Shown one piece after another: positions 23,907 to 37,316 of a stretch of 64,000 bases of DNA. Numbering within the stretch: the stretch's first letter is position 1; each line of letters starts with the position of its first letter. The position numbers and the translations under genes are program-made. The stretch spans positions 62,001 through 126,000 of the forward strand of contig NIVC01000352.1 of NCBI GenBank assembly GCA_002269645.1, in the 5' to 3' direction. Origin of the DNA: Macrostomum lignano. Lineage: Eukaryota. The notes beneath the pieces are model-generated. The model saw only the letters and a list, made by a program, of their open reading frames with translations, was not told the DNA's origin and ran no database searches.

Positions 23907-26900
23907 CTACCAAAAAAGAAGCGACGCTTGGATAGCGCCAGTTCGAGTGCCGAACCAGAGCAGCAGCCAAAAAAGAAGCAGCACTTGGATAGCGCCAATT
24001 CGAGCGCCGAACCAGAGCAGCAGCCAAAAAAGAAGCAGCGCTTGGATAGCGCCAATTCGAGCGCCGAACCAGAGCAGCAGCCAAAAAAGAAGCAGCACTT
24101 GGATAGCGCCAATTCGAGCGCCGAACCAGAGCAGCAGCCACAAAAAAAGCAGCAGCACTTGGATAGCGCCAATTCGAGCGCCGAACCAGAGCAGCAGCCA
24201 AAAAAGAAGCAGCGCTTGGATAGCGCTGGCTCTAGCGCCGAGCCATCTTCGTCAACTTCGACATCGCCAACCCGACCGCTGATGGAATTCAGCTACGCGT
24301 CGGCTTCAGTTGAAGAGTTTCGTTTTGCCGACAAGCGAGTCCGTTTGTTGACTAAAAAAGTGAAAGATTTGCTGCCCGATGGCCGGTGCGTCATCTATTG
24401 GATGTCGCGAGATCAGCGCGTTCAAGGTAAATTGAATTGAAGCATTCTGTGCCACGTGATACAGTGTTATTATCAGTACACAGGAACATTTGCCAGCGAT
24501 GGTGGGGGAGCATATACAATGCGCAGATAAAAATAAGCCTGAATTAAGACTGAATTAAGACTACTGAATTAAACAGTAGCTTATTAGCGTTTTAAGTGAT
24601 TTATAGCCAAATCCAAAATGCTAATAATCAATAATCAAAGCCTATTTCAAAAACAAGTAGTGTTTTTATCAACAGTGCATTGGAGATCTTTAGGATTTAT
24701 TCAAGCATTCTTTTCCTTCAAGCTGCCGGAGCACTCTCTCATCTCCCCCATCTCCCCTCCCCTCCTCTCCCCTCTTCCCCTCCCCTCTCCCCTTATCTCA
24801 CTTCTCTCTCATCTCCCTCTCTCCTCTCTCCCCTTCTCTCCTCTTCTCTCTTGATTGCCTCTCTTCTCTCCTCTCTGTCTCCCGCAGTCATGCGCTTGAT
24901 TCTATATCCGGCCCTTAAATTACATAGGTTTGCCGACCGCGCCGGCTGGAGGGGCTTTTGAGATATTTTCTCAGGCTTTGTTTTAACCCATGGAGTTCTA
25001 TTAATAGCATCTAAAGATAGATATTATGTTCTTATAGAGGTTGAAACATATCCGCTTATCCCCGCAGACAACTGGGCTCTAATCCACGCCCAACGACTGG
25101 CCCTGCGCTCACGACTGCCTTTGTGCGTCGCTTTCAACTTGGTGCCGAAGTTTCTCGACGCCACAATTCGCCAATTCGACTTCCTGCTGCGCGGCCTTGA
25201 ACACGTCGAGACCGAATGCCGACGGCTGGACATCGACTTCCGCCTGCTAACCGGCCAGCCAGTCGATAATCTGCCTCGAATGGTTCGCGACCTGTCAGCT
25301 GCCGCTCTGGTCGCTGATTTCAGCCCGCTGCGCGTGCCGCTCAACTGGGCGAATTCTGTAGCCGCTAAACTGCCGGCCGGGGTGCCCATGTACCAGGTGG
25401 ATGCGCACAATATTGTGCCAGTCTGGCTGGCCTCGGACAAGCTCGAATACGCGGCTAGAACTATACGGCCGAAGATTCATCGCTACCTGGGCGAATATCT
25501 GACCGAATTCCCGCGCATCGAACGGCATCCGTATCGGCTGCCGGAGGCCGACCGGGCCAAGCCGGTTAATTGGAAAGCTGCCAGAGACAGTCTGGAGGTT
25601 GGTGCTCAATATTCAGCATCATCAGCCCGATTACACTTTCATCTACCATTCTAATAATATATCTACCAACTTGTCTACCAATAAAAGTCTGATAGATTGG
25701 CCAGAAATGTGCCGATGCTGGGCTACTGTGTTGGGCAGTTAACAAAAGCGTTACGGCAGTGTAAAAACGGAGCAGTTATGCTGCTTTTATACTGATCCTA
25801 TATATCCATTTGTCCATTGGCTTGTGGCGATTGCCTACTCACCTACCTACCTACCTACCTACCTACCTACCTACCTACCTACCTACCTACCTACTTACTT
25901 ATCTACCTACCTACCTACCACCTACCCACCTACTCTACCTCTCCCTATTCTACTTACTTACCTACCTACTCATACCCCTCTACCTATTGTACATACCTAC
26001 CTTCCTGTCATCAATATTTTCTATTCAGATGCCAATTGGCTCCGTGATAATCCAGAAAACCCATTATATGAGATATGCATTTGGGAGTAGGGCGGCATTT
26101 ACTCGTGCGGCGCAAACGTATAGTTTTTGTCATCACTGTACATTAACAAATTTGTTGACAGCGAGGAACTAAGCAGTCATGCCCAATCACACAAGATGAA
26201 TGTGGCCGCGCATGGAATCGAACGCAAGATATTTGGGTTACGCTAAGCTGCTCTGCTCCACCTCTCTATCCTCATGCCCAGGTGAACATGTCGGTGCTGC
26301 CAGTGAAGTGGGCCGAGCCTGGCCCGGTCGGGGCCAGCCGGACCCTTGCGGAATTTCTGCAGAGTCGGCTGCGCCGGTTTGCCACCGGCCGCAACGATCC
26401 AAATGTGGCCGCGCTTAGCAACCTGTCGCCATGGCTGCACTTTGGCCAAATCAGCGCCCAGCGTTGCGCTTTCGAAGCTAAGAAAGTGAGTCGGATTGTA
26501 AAGATCCGTCATCTGTTCTTTGAGTTCCGTCACCTGTTCTTAGAGATCCTTCACCTGTTCTTTGAGATCCGTCACCTGTTCTTTGAGATCCGTCACCTGT
26601 TCTTTGAGATCCGTCACCTGTTCTTTGAGATCCGTCACCTGTTCTTTGAGATCCGTCACCTGTTCTTTGAGATCCGTCACCTGTTCTTTGAGATCCGTCA
26701 TCTGTTCTTAGAGATGTGTCACCTGTTCTTTGAGATCTGTCACCTGTTCTTTGAGATCCGTCACCTGTTCTTTGAGATGTGTCACCTGTTCTTTGAGATC
26801 CGTCACCTGTTCTTTGAGATCTGTCACCTGTTCTTTGAGATCTGTCACCTGTTTTTAGAGATCTGTCACCTGTTCTTTGAGATCCGTCACCTGTTCTTTG

Positions 26901-29089
26901 AGATCTGTCACCTGTTCTTTGAGATCCGTCACCTTTTCTTTGAGATCCGTCACCTGTTCTTTGAGATCCGTCACCTGTTCTAAGAGATCCGTCACCTGTT
27001 CTTTGAGATCCGTCACCTGTTCTTTGAGATCTGTCACCTGTTCTTTGAGATCTGTCACCTGTTCTTAGAGATCCGTCACCTGTTCTTTGAGATATGTCAC
27101 CTGTTCTTTGAGATATGTCACCTGTTCTTTGAGATCCGTCACCTGTTCTTTGAGATCTGTCACCTGTTCTTAGAGATCCGTCACCTGTTCTTTGAGATCT
27201 GTCACCTGTTCTTTGAGATATGTCACCTGTTCTTTGAGATATGTCACCTGTTCTTTGAGATCCGTCACCTGTTCTTAAAGATCCGTCACCTGTTCTTAGA
27301 GATCCGTCATCTGTTCTTTGAGATCTGTCGCCTGTTCTTTGAGATCTGTCACCTGTTCTTTGAGATCTGTCACCTGTTCTTTGAGATCTGTCACCTGTTT
27401 TTAGAGATCCGTCACCTGTTCTTTGAGATCCGTCACCTGTTCTTAGAGATCCGTCATCTGTTCTTTGAGATCCGTCACCTGTTCTTTGAGATCTGTCACC
27501 TGTTTTTAGAGATCCGTCATCTGTTCTTTGAGATCCGTCACCTGTTCTTAGAGATCCGTCATCTGTTCACCTTTTCTTCTTGGAGAGATCTTGGAGACAC
27601 ATTCTCTTTCTTTAAAGAAGTGAAATGAAAAGTCGGTACTACTAAATGAAACCCATATACAAACGGTATTTGATCCTCTCCCCCTTCCTTCACCGCCAGT
27701 TCCGCCCGTCCCACAAAGAATCAGTGGACGCCTTCATCGAAGAGTCCGTTGTCCGACGCGAATTAGCTGACAATTTCTGTCTGCACAATTCCAACTACGA
27801 TTCACTTGAAGGCGCCTATGATTGGGCGCGCGAAACTCTGCAGCGCCACTCCAGGGACGCACGGCCCTACCTGTACACCCGTCAGGAGCTGGAGGAAGGT
27901 CGGACTCACGACCGGCTGTGGAACGCTGCCCAGCTGCAGATGGTTCGCGAGGCCAAAATGCACGGCTACTTGCGCATGTACTGGGCCAAGAAGATTCTGG
28001 AGTGGACGGAGTCGCCCGCCGAGGCGCTGTCTATTTCTATCTACTTGAATGACAAGTACAATTTGGATGGCCGAGATCCCAATGGCTACGTTGGTTAGTG
28101 CAAATTTATTATGGCTCATTGCATGTTATAAGCAGTTTTATTATTCACTATGACCAGTCCTATGTTCATTATGGGCACTTGGGTAGTCACTATGACCATT
28201 TGGGTATTCAGTCACTATGACCATTAGGGTAGTCAGTCACTATGACCACTAGGGTATTCAGTCACTATGAGCATTAGGGTAGTCAGTCACTATGACCATT
28301 TGGGTATTCAGTCACTATGACCATTAGGGTAGTCAGTCACTATGACCACTAGGGTATTCAGTCACTATGAGCATTAGGGTAGTCAGTCACTATGACCATA
28401 GGGTAGTCAGTCACTATGACCATTAGGGTAGTCAGTCACTATGACCATTAGGGTAGTCAGTCACTATGACCATTAGGGTAGTCAGTCACTATGACCATTA
28501 GGGTAGTCAGTCACTATGACCATTAGGGTAGTCAGTCACTATGACCATTAGGGTAGTCAGTCACTATGACCATTAGTGTTAGTCAGTCACTATGACCATT
28601 AGGGTAGTCAGCTACTATGACCAGTCGGGTAGACACTATGACCATTAGGGTAGTCAGTCACTATGACCATTAGGGTAGTCAGCTACTATGACCAGTCGGG
28701 TAGTCACTATGACCATTAGGGTAGTCAGTCACTATGACCATTAGGGTAGTCAGTCACTATGACCATTAGGGTAGTCAGACACTATGACCAGTCGGGTATA
28801 TTAATGCTGGAGTGAAGCTATCCAATAAACCCACCCCGCAGGCTGCATGTGGTCAATCTGCGGCGTGCACGATCAGGGCTGGGGTGAGCGGGCCGTGTTT
28901 GGCAAGATTCGCTACATGAACTACGATGGCTGCAAGCGCAAATTTGACGTAGAGAAATTCAGCACCCTCTACTGCGGAGCTGGCCCGGCCGCGGGGTCTT
29001 CCCGGCCATCTACTAGCAAAGCTGGCGACAAGAAGCAGCAATCTACACTGCTCAAGTATTTGTCCAAGCCTAAAAATAAGAAGCGCTGA
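23907..29089 (+). CDS. phr: Class II CPD photolyase, 5 exons
   Basis: Exons about 23907-24426, 25068-25597, 26282-26485, 27700-28093, 28842-29089 (phases 1,0,0,1); motifs [80 protein letters not shown]. Start uncertain (acceptor at 23903/23906, or ATG about 24280). Confidence 0.95.
25840..25985. repeat. (CCTA)n microsatellite in photolyase intron 2
   Basis: acctacctacct... run. Confidence 0.9.
26500..27567. repeat. 21-bp minisatellite (GAGATCCGTCACCTGTTCTTT), about 50 copies, photolyase intron 3
   Basis: Starts about 15 bp after the GTGAGT donor at 26486. Confidence 0.97.
28147..28795. repeat. 25-bp minisatellite (CAGTCACTATGACCATTAGGGTAGT) in photolyase intron 4
   Basis: Tandem units, most containing TTAGGG. 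Confidence 0.95.
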
Positions 29090-29474
29090 TTGCAAAAATC
29101 GAAGCTGACTACTACTCGTAATCAGTAGTACTACATGCGATTTATTATTTCTATTAAAATGCTAGTGATGCATTTTCTGTTTATTTTGCGAGCTACAAAG
29201 ACAATTCTCATTACTACTCTAAGCAATCTCCAAATGCATTGTTAAATATAGCATTGACTGTGCCAGTTGTGTACCTTGCTAACTTCAATGTTCAACACCT
29301 ATTCATTTGCAGTTAATCTCGTGCGTTTGTATGCGTATGTAAATATTGCGTATGTTTTTTGTTTTGTTTGCACTTTTTAATTTCAAATAAATATGCGTTT
29401 GTCTTTGTTTTTCTATTCTTGTTTTTGTAGAAATATTGCTTACTTAGAAAGGAGACTAAAGGGTGTTTGACAAG

Positions 29475-29716
29475 GTAGATAGTGGGTGTTCAGTGAAGAA
29501 GATGGGAGTAATCAGTGAGGGAGATAGTGGGTATTCAGTGAGGGAGATGTGGGTATTCAGTGAGGGAGATGTGGGTATTCAGTGAGGGCGATAGTGGGTG
29601 TTCAGGGAGGCAGACAGTGGGTATTCAAGGAGGGAGATAGTGGGTATTCAGTGAGGGAGATAGTGGGTATTCAGTGAGGGAGATAGCGGGTATTCAGTGA
29701 GGGAGATAGCGGGTGT
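29475..29716. repeat. About 23-bp minisatellite (GTGGGTATTCAGTGAGGGAGATA) just upstream of the zinc-finger gene
   Basis: Tandem units ending about 35 bp before the acceptor at 29749-29750. Confidence 0.9.
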
Positions 29717-29759
29717 TCATATGTTCAGAGTTAATTTGCAAACTCTACAGTCTACATCA

Positions 29760-32700
29760 ATGACCTTTCCTGTTACAAACCGCTTCCGCCACCAGCAGCA
29801 GCAGCAGCACAATTCGTCAGCCGCAGTGCAGAGGCCGCCGCAGCCGGCTGCTGTGCTGGCAGGCCGCGCCAGACGCTGCGTATCACCGCCTCCCGGTGAT
29901 TACTCCTCTACTAACTCCTTGATGTGGCTTCAGAATCCCGGCATGATGCAGCACCAACAGCAGCAGCAATTCCAGCAGCAGCAGCAGATGCAGCAACACC
30001 TGCAGCAGCAGCAATTAGGTCACGTCCCGGCCGATTGTCTGATTTCTTACGGCGGCAGTCGCTCGCTGAACCCGTCGCCGCAGCAGTCGCCGCGCCCGTT
30101 GCAACGCTGCGGCTCGCTGAGCTCCCTGCTCGACCCCAGCATAGAGTTGCCCAACTTCAGCGCACTGGATGTTCAAGACGTGCTGTGCTGCGCCGCTCAC
30201 GATCAGCCAGAGCCGCCGCAATCTCCGCAAGTTAGTAGCCAGCGTCCAGCCGCGCCGCAATGGGCTATGTTTGACCCGTTCGCCGGCCTAGGCGAGTCCG
30301 TGCTAGTCGACTCGCTCATCGACGCCCCGTTCCCGTCTGGCGGCTCCGTGCTGTTCGGCAATCCCAGTCTGGCCAGCTGCGCCCAGCTGACCGCGCCGGC
30401 TTTCGACACCCAGCTGCGCCGATTAGATCCTGTCAACCTTATCCTGCCCAGGCCGCAGGTGCACGCCCAAGGCGATCTAGGTGGTTGCTTCCATCAGCCT
30501 ATGATGCTGCGCTGCTATCGGCCTTCCTCAATAGCCGGAGGCGGCGGCGGCGACACCGAAGGCGACGGCGAGTCGACCTCGTCGGCGTTGTCCTTCCCTA
30601 CTAGCGAGTCGCGCTCCTACGCAAGCGCCACTTCTGCTCCGTTGTTCGCTTGGCGAGTCGGCGGCGGCGGCGTCGGCTACGTCTGCAGCGAGGACGGCGA
30701 CGCAGTGGCAGCTGCCGGAGTCCACAGGGATCGTCGGGCGCCGGCGGCCGCGGCTGCTGCATCCTCCTCCTCTATGCAGCAGTCGCGGAGTCGCAATCTG
30801 TCACTTGATGCCAGCTTTAGCCGTGACTTGCCCTGCTTTCATCCGGTGCGTGGATCCATAGGATTTAGATTTGCTGGGACTATAGATCTGCTGGGATTTT
30901 AGATCTGCTGGGATTTTAGATCTGCTGGGATTATAGATCTGCTGGGATTTTAGATCTGCTAGGATTATAGATCTGCTGGGATTTTAGATCTGCTGGGATT
31001 TTAGATCTGCTAGGATTGTACGAGTAGATCTACTGGGATTATAGATCTGCTGGGATTTTAGATCTGCTGGGATTATAGATCTGCTGGGATTATATAGATC
31101 TGCTGGGATTATAGATCTGCTGGGATTATAGATCTGCTGGGATTTTAGATCTGCTGGGATTATATAGATCTGCTGGGATTATAGATCTGCTGGGATTATA
31201 TAGATCTGCTGGGATTATAGATCTGCTGGTATTATATAGATCTGCTGGGATTATAGATCTGCTGGGATTATAGATCTGCTGGGACTATAGATCAATAGTG
31301 AGAATCAACTATTTTACAAGTATCATTCTACTTACATGTGTCTTCATTCCCATTGTTTGTCAGACGGACAGGCTCACTTCGTTTGACCAGGAGTCCTCTG
31401 CAGCCGCCGCCGCTGCCGCCGTCTCTTCTCCAGCTACCTCAGCGGGTGGCGCGGTTGCGGCTCCGCTGTTGAAGCGGCCGCTCTCTGAGTGCCCCATCAG
31501 TCGACGGCTGCTGATTGAACCGAACAAGTCTCAGCAGCAGCAGCAGCAGCCGCAAGCAACGCAGCAGCCACCGCCTCCGCCGACCTCCGTGTTTGTCGCT
31601 TCCTCCGCTGCGAGTTTTTTCGAGTCGCAAGCGCCAACGCCGACACCGGAGACGCCAACTCAGGCGACGGTGGCCGCGGTGGCGTCAGCGTCAGCCGACT
31701 CCGTTGTCCTTGATCTGGTAGCCACCGATATTGCCAACACGTCGGCAGTTGCACCGCCGGCTTCCAAGGAGGCCGCCGTCAAATCGGCGGCATCGCTGAT
31801 TGAAGACGCCGACGCAACCCTGCTATTCTGCGATCATCCCGCCTGCTTAACGTCGGCTGTCGCATTTCCCAATGCTGAGCAGCTTCGCGAGCATCAGCTC
31901 AATGTTCACGACTATCTGTTCTGCGACTGGCCCGGCTGCGGCCGCGCCTTCCGCAGTCGCAAAGGCCTCAACAGGCACGTGAATTGTCAGCACTCGAAGC
32001 CGCTAACTTGCCCGCTCTGCTCGGCCCGGTACAGCGGCAGTCGGACCCATTTCGAACGGCATCTGTTGCACGGCCACCGGCGCTGGATGTGCCCGCACGC
32101 CGCCTGTACGGAGCTGTTCGCCTCCAAAGCCGAACGGGCGCGTCACGTTGCTGACCGGCATAGCAACACGCCCAAGGCCCAGCTGTCCTGTCCACTGTGC
32201 CCCTTCACTACTAATCATCAGCACGCCCTGCGCCGGCACACAGACTGTCACTCTAGGCGGCACGACTGTGCCCAGTGCGATCGGCACTTTCCCAGCCGGC
32301 GAGCCCTGGCCAGCCATCAGAGAATGCACCTGGCTGCTGCTAGTCTAGCCGAGACATCTGTGAGTGTGTTAATCCTGCCTTTGGTTATCTCCCTCATCCT
32401 CAGATTGAGTTGTCGACTCCCAGATTCTCAGATTGCGTAGGTCAATCTGACAACTCTCACAGATCCTCAGGTCAATCTGACAACTCTCCCAGATCCTCAG
32501 GTCAGTCTGACAACTCTCACAGATCCTCAGGTCAGTCTGACAACTCTCACAGATCCTCAGGTCAGTCTGACAACTCTCACAGATCCTCAGGTCAATCTGA
32601 AAACTCTCACAGATCCTCAGGTCAGTCTGATAATTCTCCCAGATCCTCAGGTCAATCTGACAACTCTCACAGATCCTCAGGTCAATCTGATAACTCTCAC

Positions 32701-34000
32701 AGATCCTCAGGTCACTCTGACAACTCTCCCAGATCCTCAGGTCACTCTGACAACTCTCACAGATCCTCAGGTCAATCTGACAACTCTCACAGATCCTCAG
32801 GTCAATCTGACAACTCTCCCAGATCCTCAGGTCACTCTGACAACTCTCACAGATAGACCTTACAAAACACTAGTGTACATTTTAGAGCAATCCATTGCAT
32901 GCGTTTGGCAAGTAATTCAAATTACCTTTTCCCGCATGCTTTGCCAGTCTGTCAATCTGGCGGAGAGTCCCTCCTCGCCCGACTGCCCGATGGCCGACTG
33001 CCCTGTTGTTGTCAATCGTCGCTCACTTGGCGGTGATTACCAAAGCAATGGCGGGGACGCTAGCGCACCTTGTCTGAGCGCCAGCGGCAGCTGCATCAGC
33101 GGCCTGACTGGCAGTGGCGGAGCGCCGCCGATGCACCGCCCGACACCGCGCCGGCTGGCCAGCGAGCCCTGTTGCTGCCTGTCAGTCGGCGGCGGCGGCG
33201 GCGGCGGCGGCGGTAATCGCGGCGCATCCTCGGCTTCGTCGCCAGCGGCAGCTGTATCGGCTGATTCTTCGGTCCAGACTCCGTCGCCTCCATCATTACA
33301 GCAGCAGCAGCAGCAGCAGCAACCTGAACAGCAGCAGCAGCTGGTGTACTGCTGTCCCGTTACCGACTGCCCGCTGTCGTTCGACAATCTGCCGGATTTC
33401 AAGAGCCATTTCGCTGACCACCTGTCCGGCCAGGTGCCCGGCGACGTCGCCTCGCTGATCGGCCTGCCTACTGGCGTCGGCGTCGACCACACGGCCGGGG
33501 CCGCCGACGGAGCCTGCGGCGCCAACGACGGTGATGACGATGTGAGTTCGGCTGCCGCCGCGGCCGCCGCTGCCGCCTTCAGCCTGGATGACGAGACTAC
33601 TTCGCTGGTGGCCGCCCTCGACCTCATGATGGCCTCCGACCAGTCGCTGATCTCCGCCATCAACGATCCGGACTCGGAGCTGCTCAACCAGATGTTGCTG
33701 ACGTCGGCCCTGACCCTGCCCGACGCTGAATCTGGCCGGCTCCGCTGTCGACGCCGCGGCCCGGGCATCGGGCAGCTCGGCTCTGGCAGCTGCGGCGGCG
33801 CCTGCGTCCAATCCTCGAGCTCGGCCCGGACGGACGCCAAAGCGAACAGCAGCCTGGCTGAGCTGGTTCGGCGCCGGCGCTGGCTGCTGCGTGAGCGGGT
33901 CGCCCGGCTGCAAGGCCGCGACGGATCACGCAATGTCGGCGAATGCCTGCCAATCAAATACCAGGAGGAGGATGTGGAAATCAACTGCCTGTCAGTTTAG
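29760..34000 (+). CDS. C2H2 zinc-finger protein with Q/S/A-rich low-complexity regions, 3 exons
   Basis: Exons 29760-30845, 31364-32359, 32948-34000, all phase 0 with GT/AG; fingers such as FCDWPGCGRAFRSRKGLNRHVNCQH, CPLCPFTTNHQHALRRHTDCH, CAQCDRHFPSRRALASHQRMH, CPVTDCPLSFDNLPDFKSHFADH. Confidence 0.8.
30880..31292. repeat. 17-19-bp minisatellite (TAGATCTGCTGGGATTW), zinc-finger intron 1
   Basis: Tandem units. Confidence 0.95.
32430..32852. repeat. 30-bp minisatellite (AGATCCTCAGGTCAATCTGACAACTCTCAC), zinc-finger intron 2
   Basis: About 14 tandem units. Confidence 0.95.
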
Positions 34001-34500
34001 CAGCCTGTGTGTCGCTTAATCCCCCTCCCTCCCTCCCTACTACCATATAAGCACCGCCGCCGCCCCTCTAGCCATGTCAGACCCGACCGCGAGTCGCTTC
34101 TTTTTACATTAGGTATATATATTATGCTGATGCCTATTTTTATTGTTTATTGCGTGTGCGCACGGAGACACCGGCAGGCTTCAATGCGCAGCGGGCAAAT
34201 GCATACGGAGCTTTTGATAATATAAATAGTTCCCAAATAATCAGAGCATGTTTCTCAAGATAATATTGAATAACACTGATTCCAAGAGCTAATTTCGATG
34301 GGTTTTTCTCGCCAATTATTAAATTCAACTTTTCTACGCGCTACTCATGCTACTTCGCTTAAATTTTGGTAGTCAGTAGTATAGTAGAAATGCCTGTAGG
34401 CTTAATTTGTGAATGTTCGTCGCTTTTTTTCTCGCAAGTTTCTCTCGCTTTTATGTTGATTATTCGGCAAAATTGTGAAGCTTTTTTATTTTTATTAAAC

Positions 34501-34947
34501 CACAGAAAACTAAAATAGCTAGATGGGGCACTCAGGAATATATACTTGGTACATCAGCTTTCTACTCTCAGTTCAGTAGCAAAAAAGAATGCTTAAGCTA
34601 TTTTATAAACAGACAGCTGAAATGACTTTGATAAGTTTAGAAGCCAAGCTTGCAGGCGTAAACAGCTTGCTAATTGGTTCAGCAATAATGTACATTGGCC
34701 AGTCCACTGAAATGTACATGGCAGCTTTTAGGCTGGAATTCCGAAAAAGGCAATAAAATTGGGGCGGGGCGAAGGGGGGTAGTGTGGAAAGGCGCGGTTG
34801 GAGGGTTTAGCTTGAGGGTAAGAGCCAATAAAATAAGCCTTGGCTTTAAAAATACATTAAAATGCTTCTGTTTAACTACTTACTGCTGAACTGAAAGTAG
34901 CTAGCATGCAAATTTGCTGAGTGGGCCATCTAGTTATTTATTGTGTG
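34501..34947 (-). mobile_element. MITE family A copy 3, 6-bp TSD TTAAAC
   Basis: cacagaaaactaaaatagctagatggggcactcag ... ctgagtgggccatctagttatttattgtgtg; TTAAAC at 34495-34500 and 34948-34953. Confidence 0.85.
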
Positions 34948-35436
34948 TTAAACTGGCAAACCGCTTGTTAATTTCATCAGTTTTCTTTGTATTCACTAAA
35001 TATATAACTACTAACTAGTAATATGTAATGATTGTTGTCAGACAGTTGCAGGTCACAGTCACCATATCCTTTTAGCACTATTAATTATTGTCATGTACTA
35101 ATATTTGTCAATATTATTATACAATTTGACAAATTCGGTTATAAATAATTGATGATTGATTGAATTTCATCAGTAGAGCTATATATACAAATATTATGCA
35201 ATTATACAATTCGGTCAGTAGTTCTTAGACTTATGTTTTGAGTTATCGCTGTCTAAAGAGATTAGTGGCATTGCGTATTTGTAGAAATTTTGTCTTTGTC
35301 AGTGTAACCCCGGTAGTCTCTGTACACATTTACTAACCTCAGCGTATCTCCGTGCGTCTAGTTTATTGATATTTGCTTGCTGCTATGCCAAGTTTTAATT
35401 GATATCTCATATTGCAAGGGGGAGGGGTCGATGATA

Positions 35437-36892
35437 CACCTTTTGCGTTCTATTTCGATTAAACTGCATTCAATTTCGGCAAACTGGCTTTCATTTTCGG
35501 CATCAGCTACGGCCGCACATCCAAACTGCATTTGAAATTTCGGCAAACTGTATTCAATTTCGGCAAGCTGCATTCAATTTCGGCAAACTGCTTAGATTGG
35601 CGCTGTCGAAATTGAGTGCAGTTTGCCGAAATTGAATGCAGTTTGCCGAAATTGAATACAGTTTGCCGAAATTGAGTGCAGTTTGCCGAAATTGAGTGCA
35701 GTTTGCCGAAATTGAATACAGTTTGCCGAAATTGAATACAGTTTGCCGAAATTGAGTGCAGTTTGCCGAAATTGAATGCAGTTTGCCGAAATTGAGTGCA
35801 GTTTGCCGAAATTGAGTGCAGTTTGCCGAAATTGAGTGCAGTTTGCCGAAATTGAATGCAGTTTGCCGAAATTGAATACAGTTTGCCGAAATTGAATACA
35901 GTTTGCCGAAATTGAATACAGTTTGCCGAAATTGAATACAGTTTGCCGAAATTGAGTGCAGTTTGCCGAAATTGAGTACAGTTTGCCGAAATTGAATACA
36001 GTTTGCCGAAATTGAATACAGTTTGCCGAAATTGAATACAGTTTGCCGAAATTGAATACAGTTTGCCGAAATTGAATACAGTTTGCCGAAATTGAGTGCA
36101 GTTTGCCGAAATTGAATACAGTTTGCCGAAATTGAATACAGTTTGCCGAAATTGAGTGCAGTTTGCCGAAATTGAATGCAGTTTGCCGAAATTGAGTGCA
36201 GTTTGCCGAAATTGAGTGCAGTTTGCCGAAATTGAGTGCAGTTTGCCGAAATTGAATGCAGTTTGCCGAAATTGAATACAGTTTGCCGAAATTGAATACA
36301 GTTTGCCGAAATTGAATACAGTTTGCCGAAATTGAATACAGTTTGCCGAAATTGAATACAGTTTGCCGAAATTGAGTGCAGTTTGCCGAAATTGAATACA
36401 GTTTGCCGAAATTGAATGCAGTTTGCCGAAATTGAATACAGTTTGCCGAAATTGAATACAGTTTGCCGAAATTGAATACAGTTTGCCGAAATTGAATACA
36501 GTTTGCCGAAATTGAATACAGTTTGCCGAAATTGAATGCAGTTTGCCGAAATTGAATACAGTTTGCCGAAATTGAATACAGTTTGCCGAAATTGAATACA
36601 GTTTGCCGAAATTGAGTGCAGTTTGCCGAAATTGAATACAGTTTGCCGAAATTGAGTGCAGTTTGCCGAAATTGAATACAGTTTGCCGAAATTGAATACA
36701 GTTTGCCGAAATTGAATACAGTTTGCCGAAATTGAATACAGTTTGCCGAAATTGAGTGCAGTTTGCCGAAACTGTTTCTCGGTTTGTCGAATTCGAATGC
36801 AGTTTGGATGTGCGGCCGTTGCTGATGCCGAAAATGAAAGCCAGTTTGCCGAAATTGAATGCATTTTTATCGAAATAGAACGCAAAAAGGTG
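35437..36892. mobile_element. Foldback-like TIR element (CACC...GGTG, flanked by TA) with about 59 internal copies of a 20-bp repeat
   Basis: About 110-bp inverted arms (caccttttgcgttctatttcg...cggccgcacatccaaactgc and its reverse complement at 36790-36892); the unit GTTTGCCGAAATTGAATACA occurs in both arms and is expanded over about 35600-36770. Confidence 0.85.
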
Positions 36893-37316
36893 TAGCAGAA
36901 TGCGATATTGCTGCTATTTGTCAGGCATTCCTAAAAGCACACACACACATACACACACAACTGTCTGAGGTATTCATTTTTAGGGGCACGTTCTATCATC
37001 CTCTGGTACTCAAAATACTACAATTACAAAGAGTTAAGAAAAGTTCTTCATTATTATTTCTTATTATTGTTGTCGTTATTGTCTAAGAAAATAATACAAA
37101 AATATACATCGAGCGCGTTCCTGCTGCGCGCTAGCAGTAAGATATTCTACAATACTTATTTGCTTGCATTCATCCGTTTCTGTTGGTTATTCCTTCTCCA
37201 AAAGACAAACATCTGTAGATTTTATCTGTTGACATTTATACACAAGTTTCGCTGTGAAAAAGCGACAGCAAGTCTGTCCCTGGCTTAATCCGACCCGGAA
37301 GATGCTGGCCACAGAC

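Noticed and set aside
35554-36885. 443-aa ORF as a possible transposase or repeat protein
   Set aside because: Pure translation of the 20-bp repeat; no catalytic motifs.
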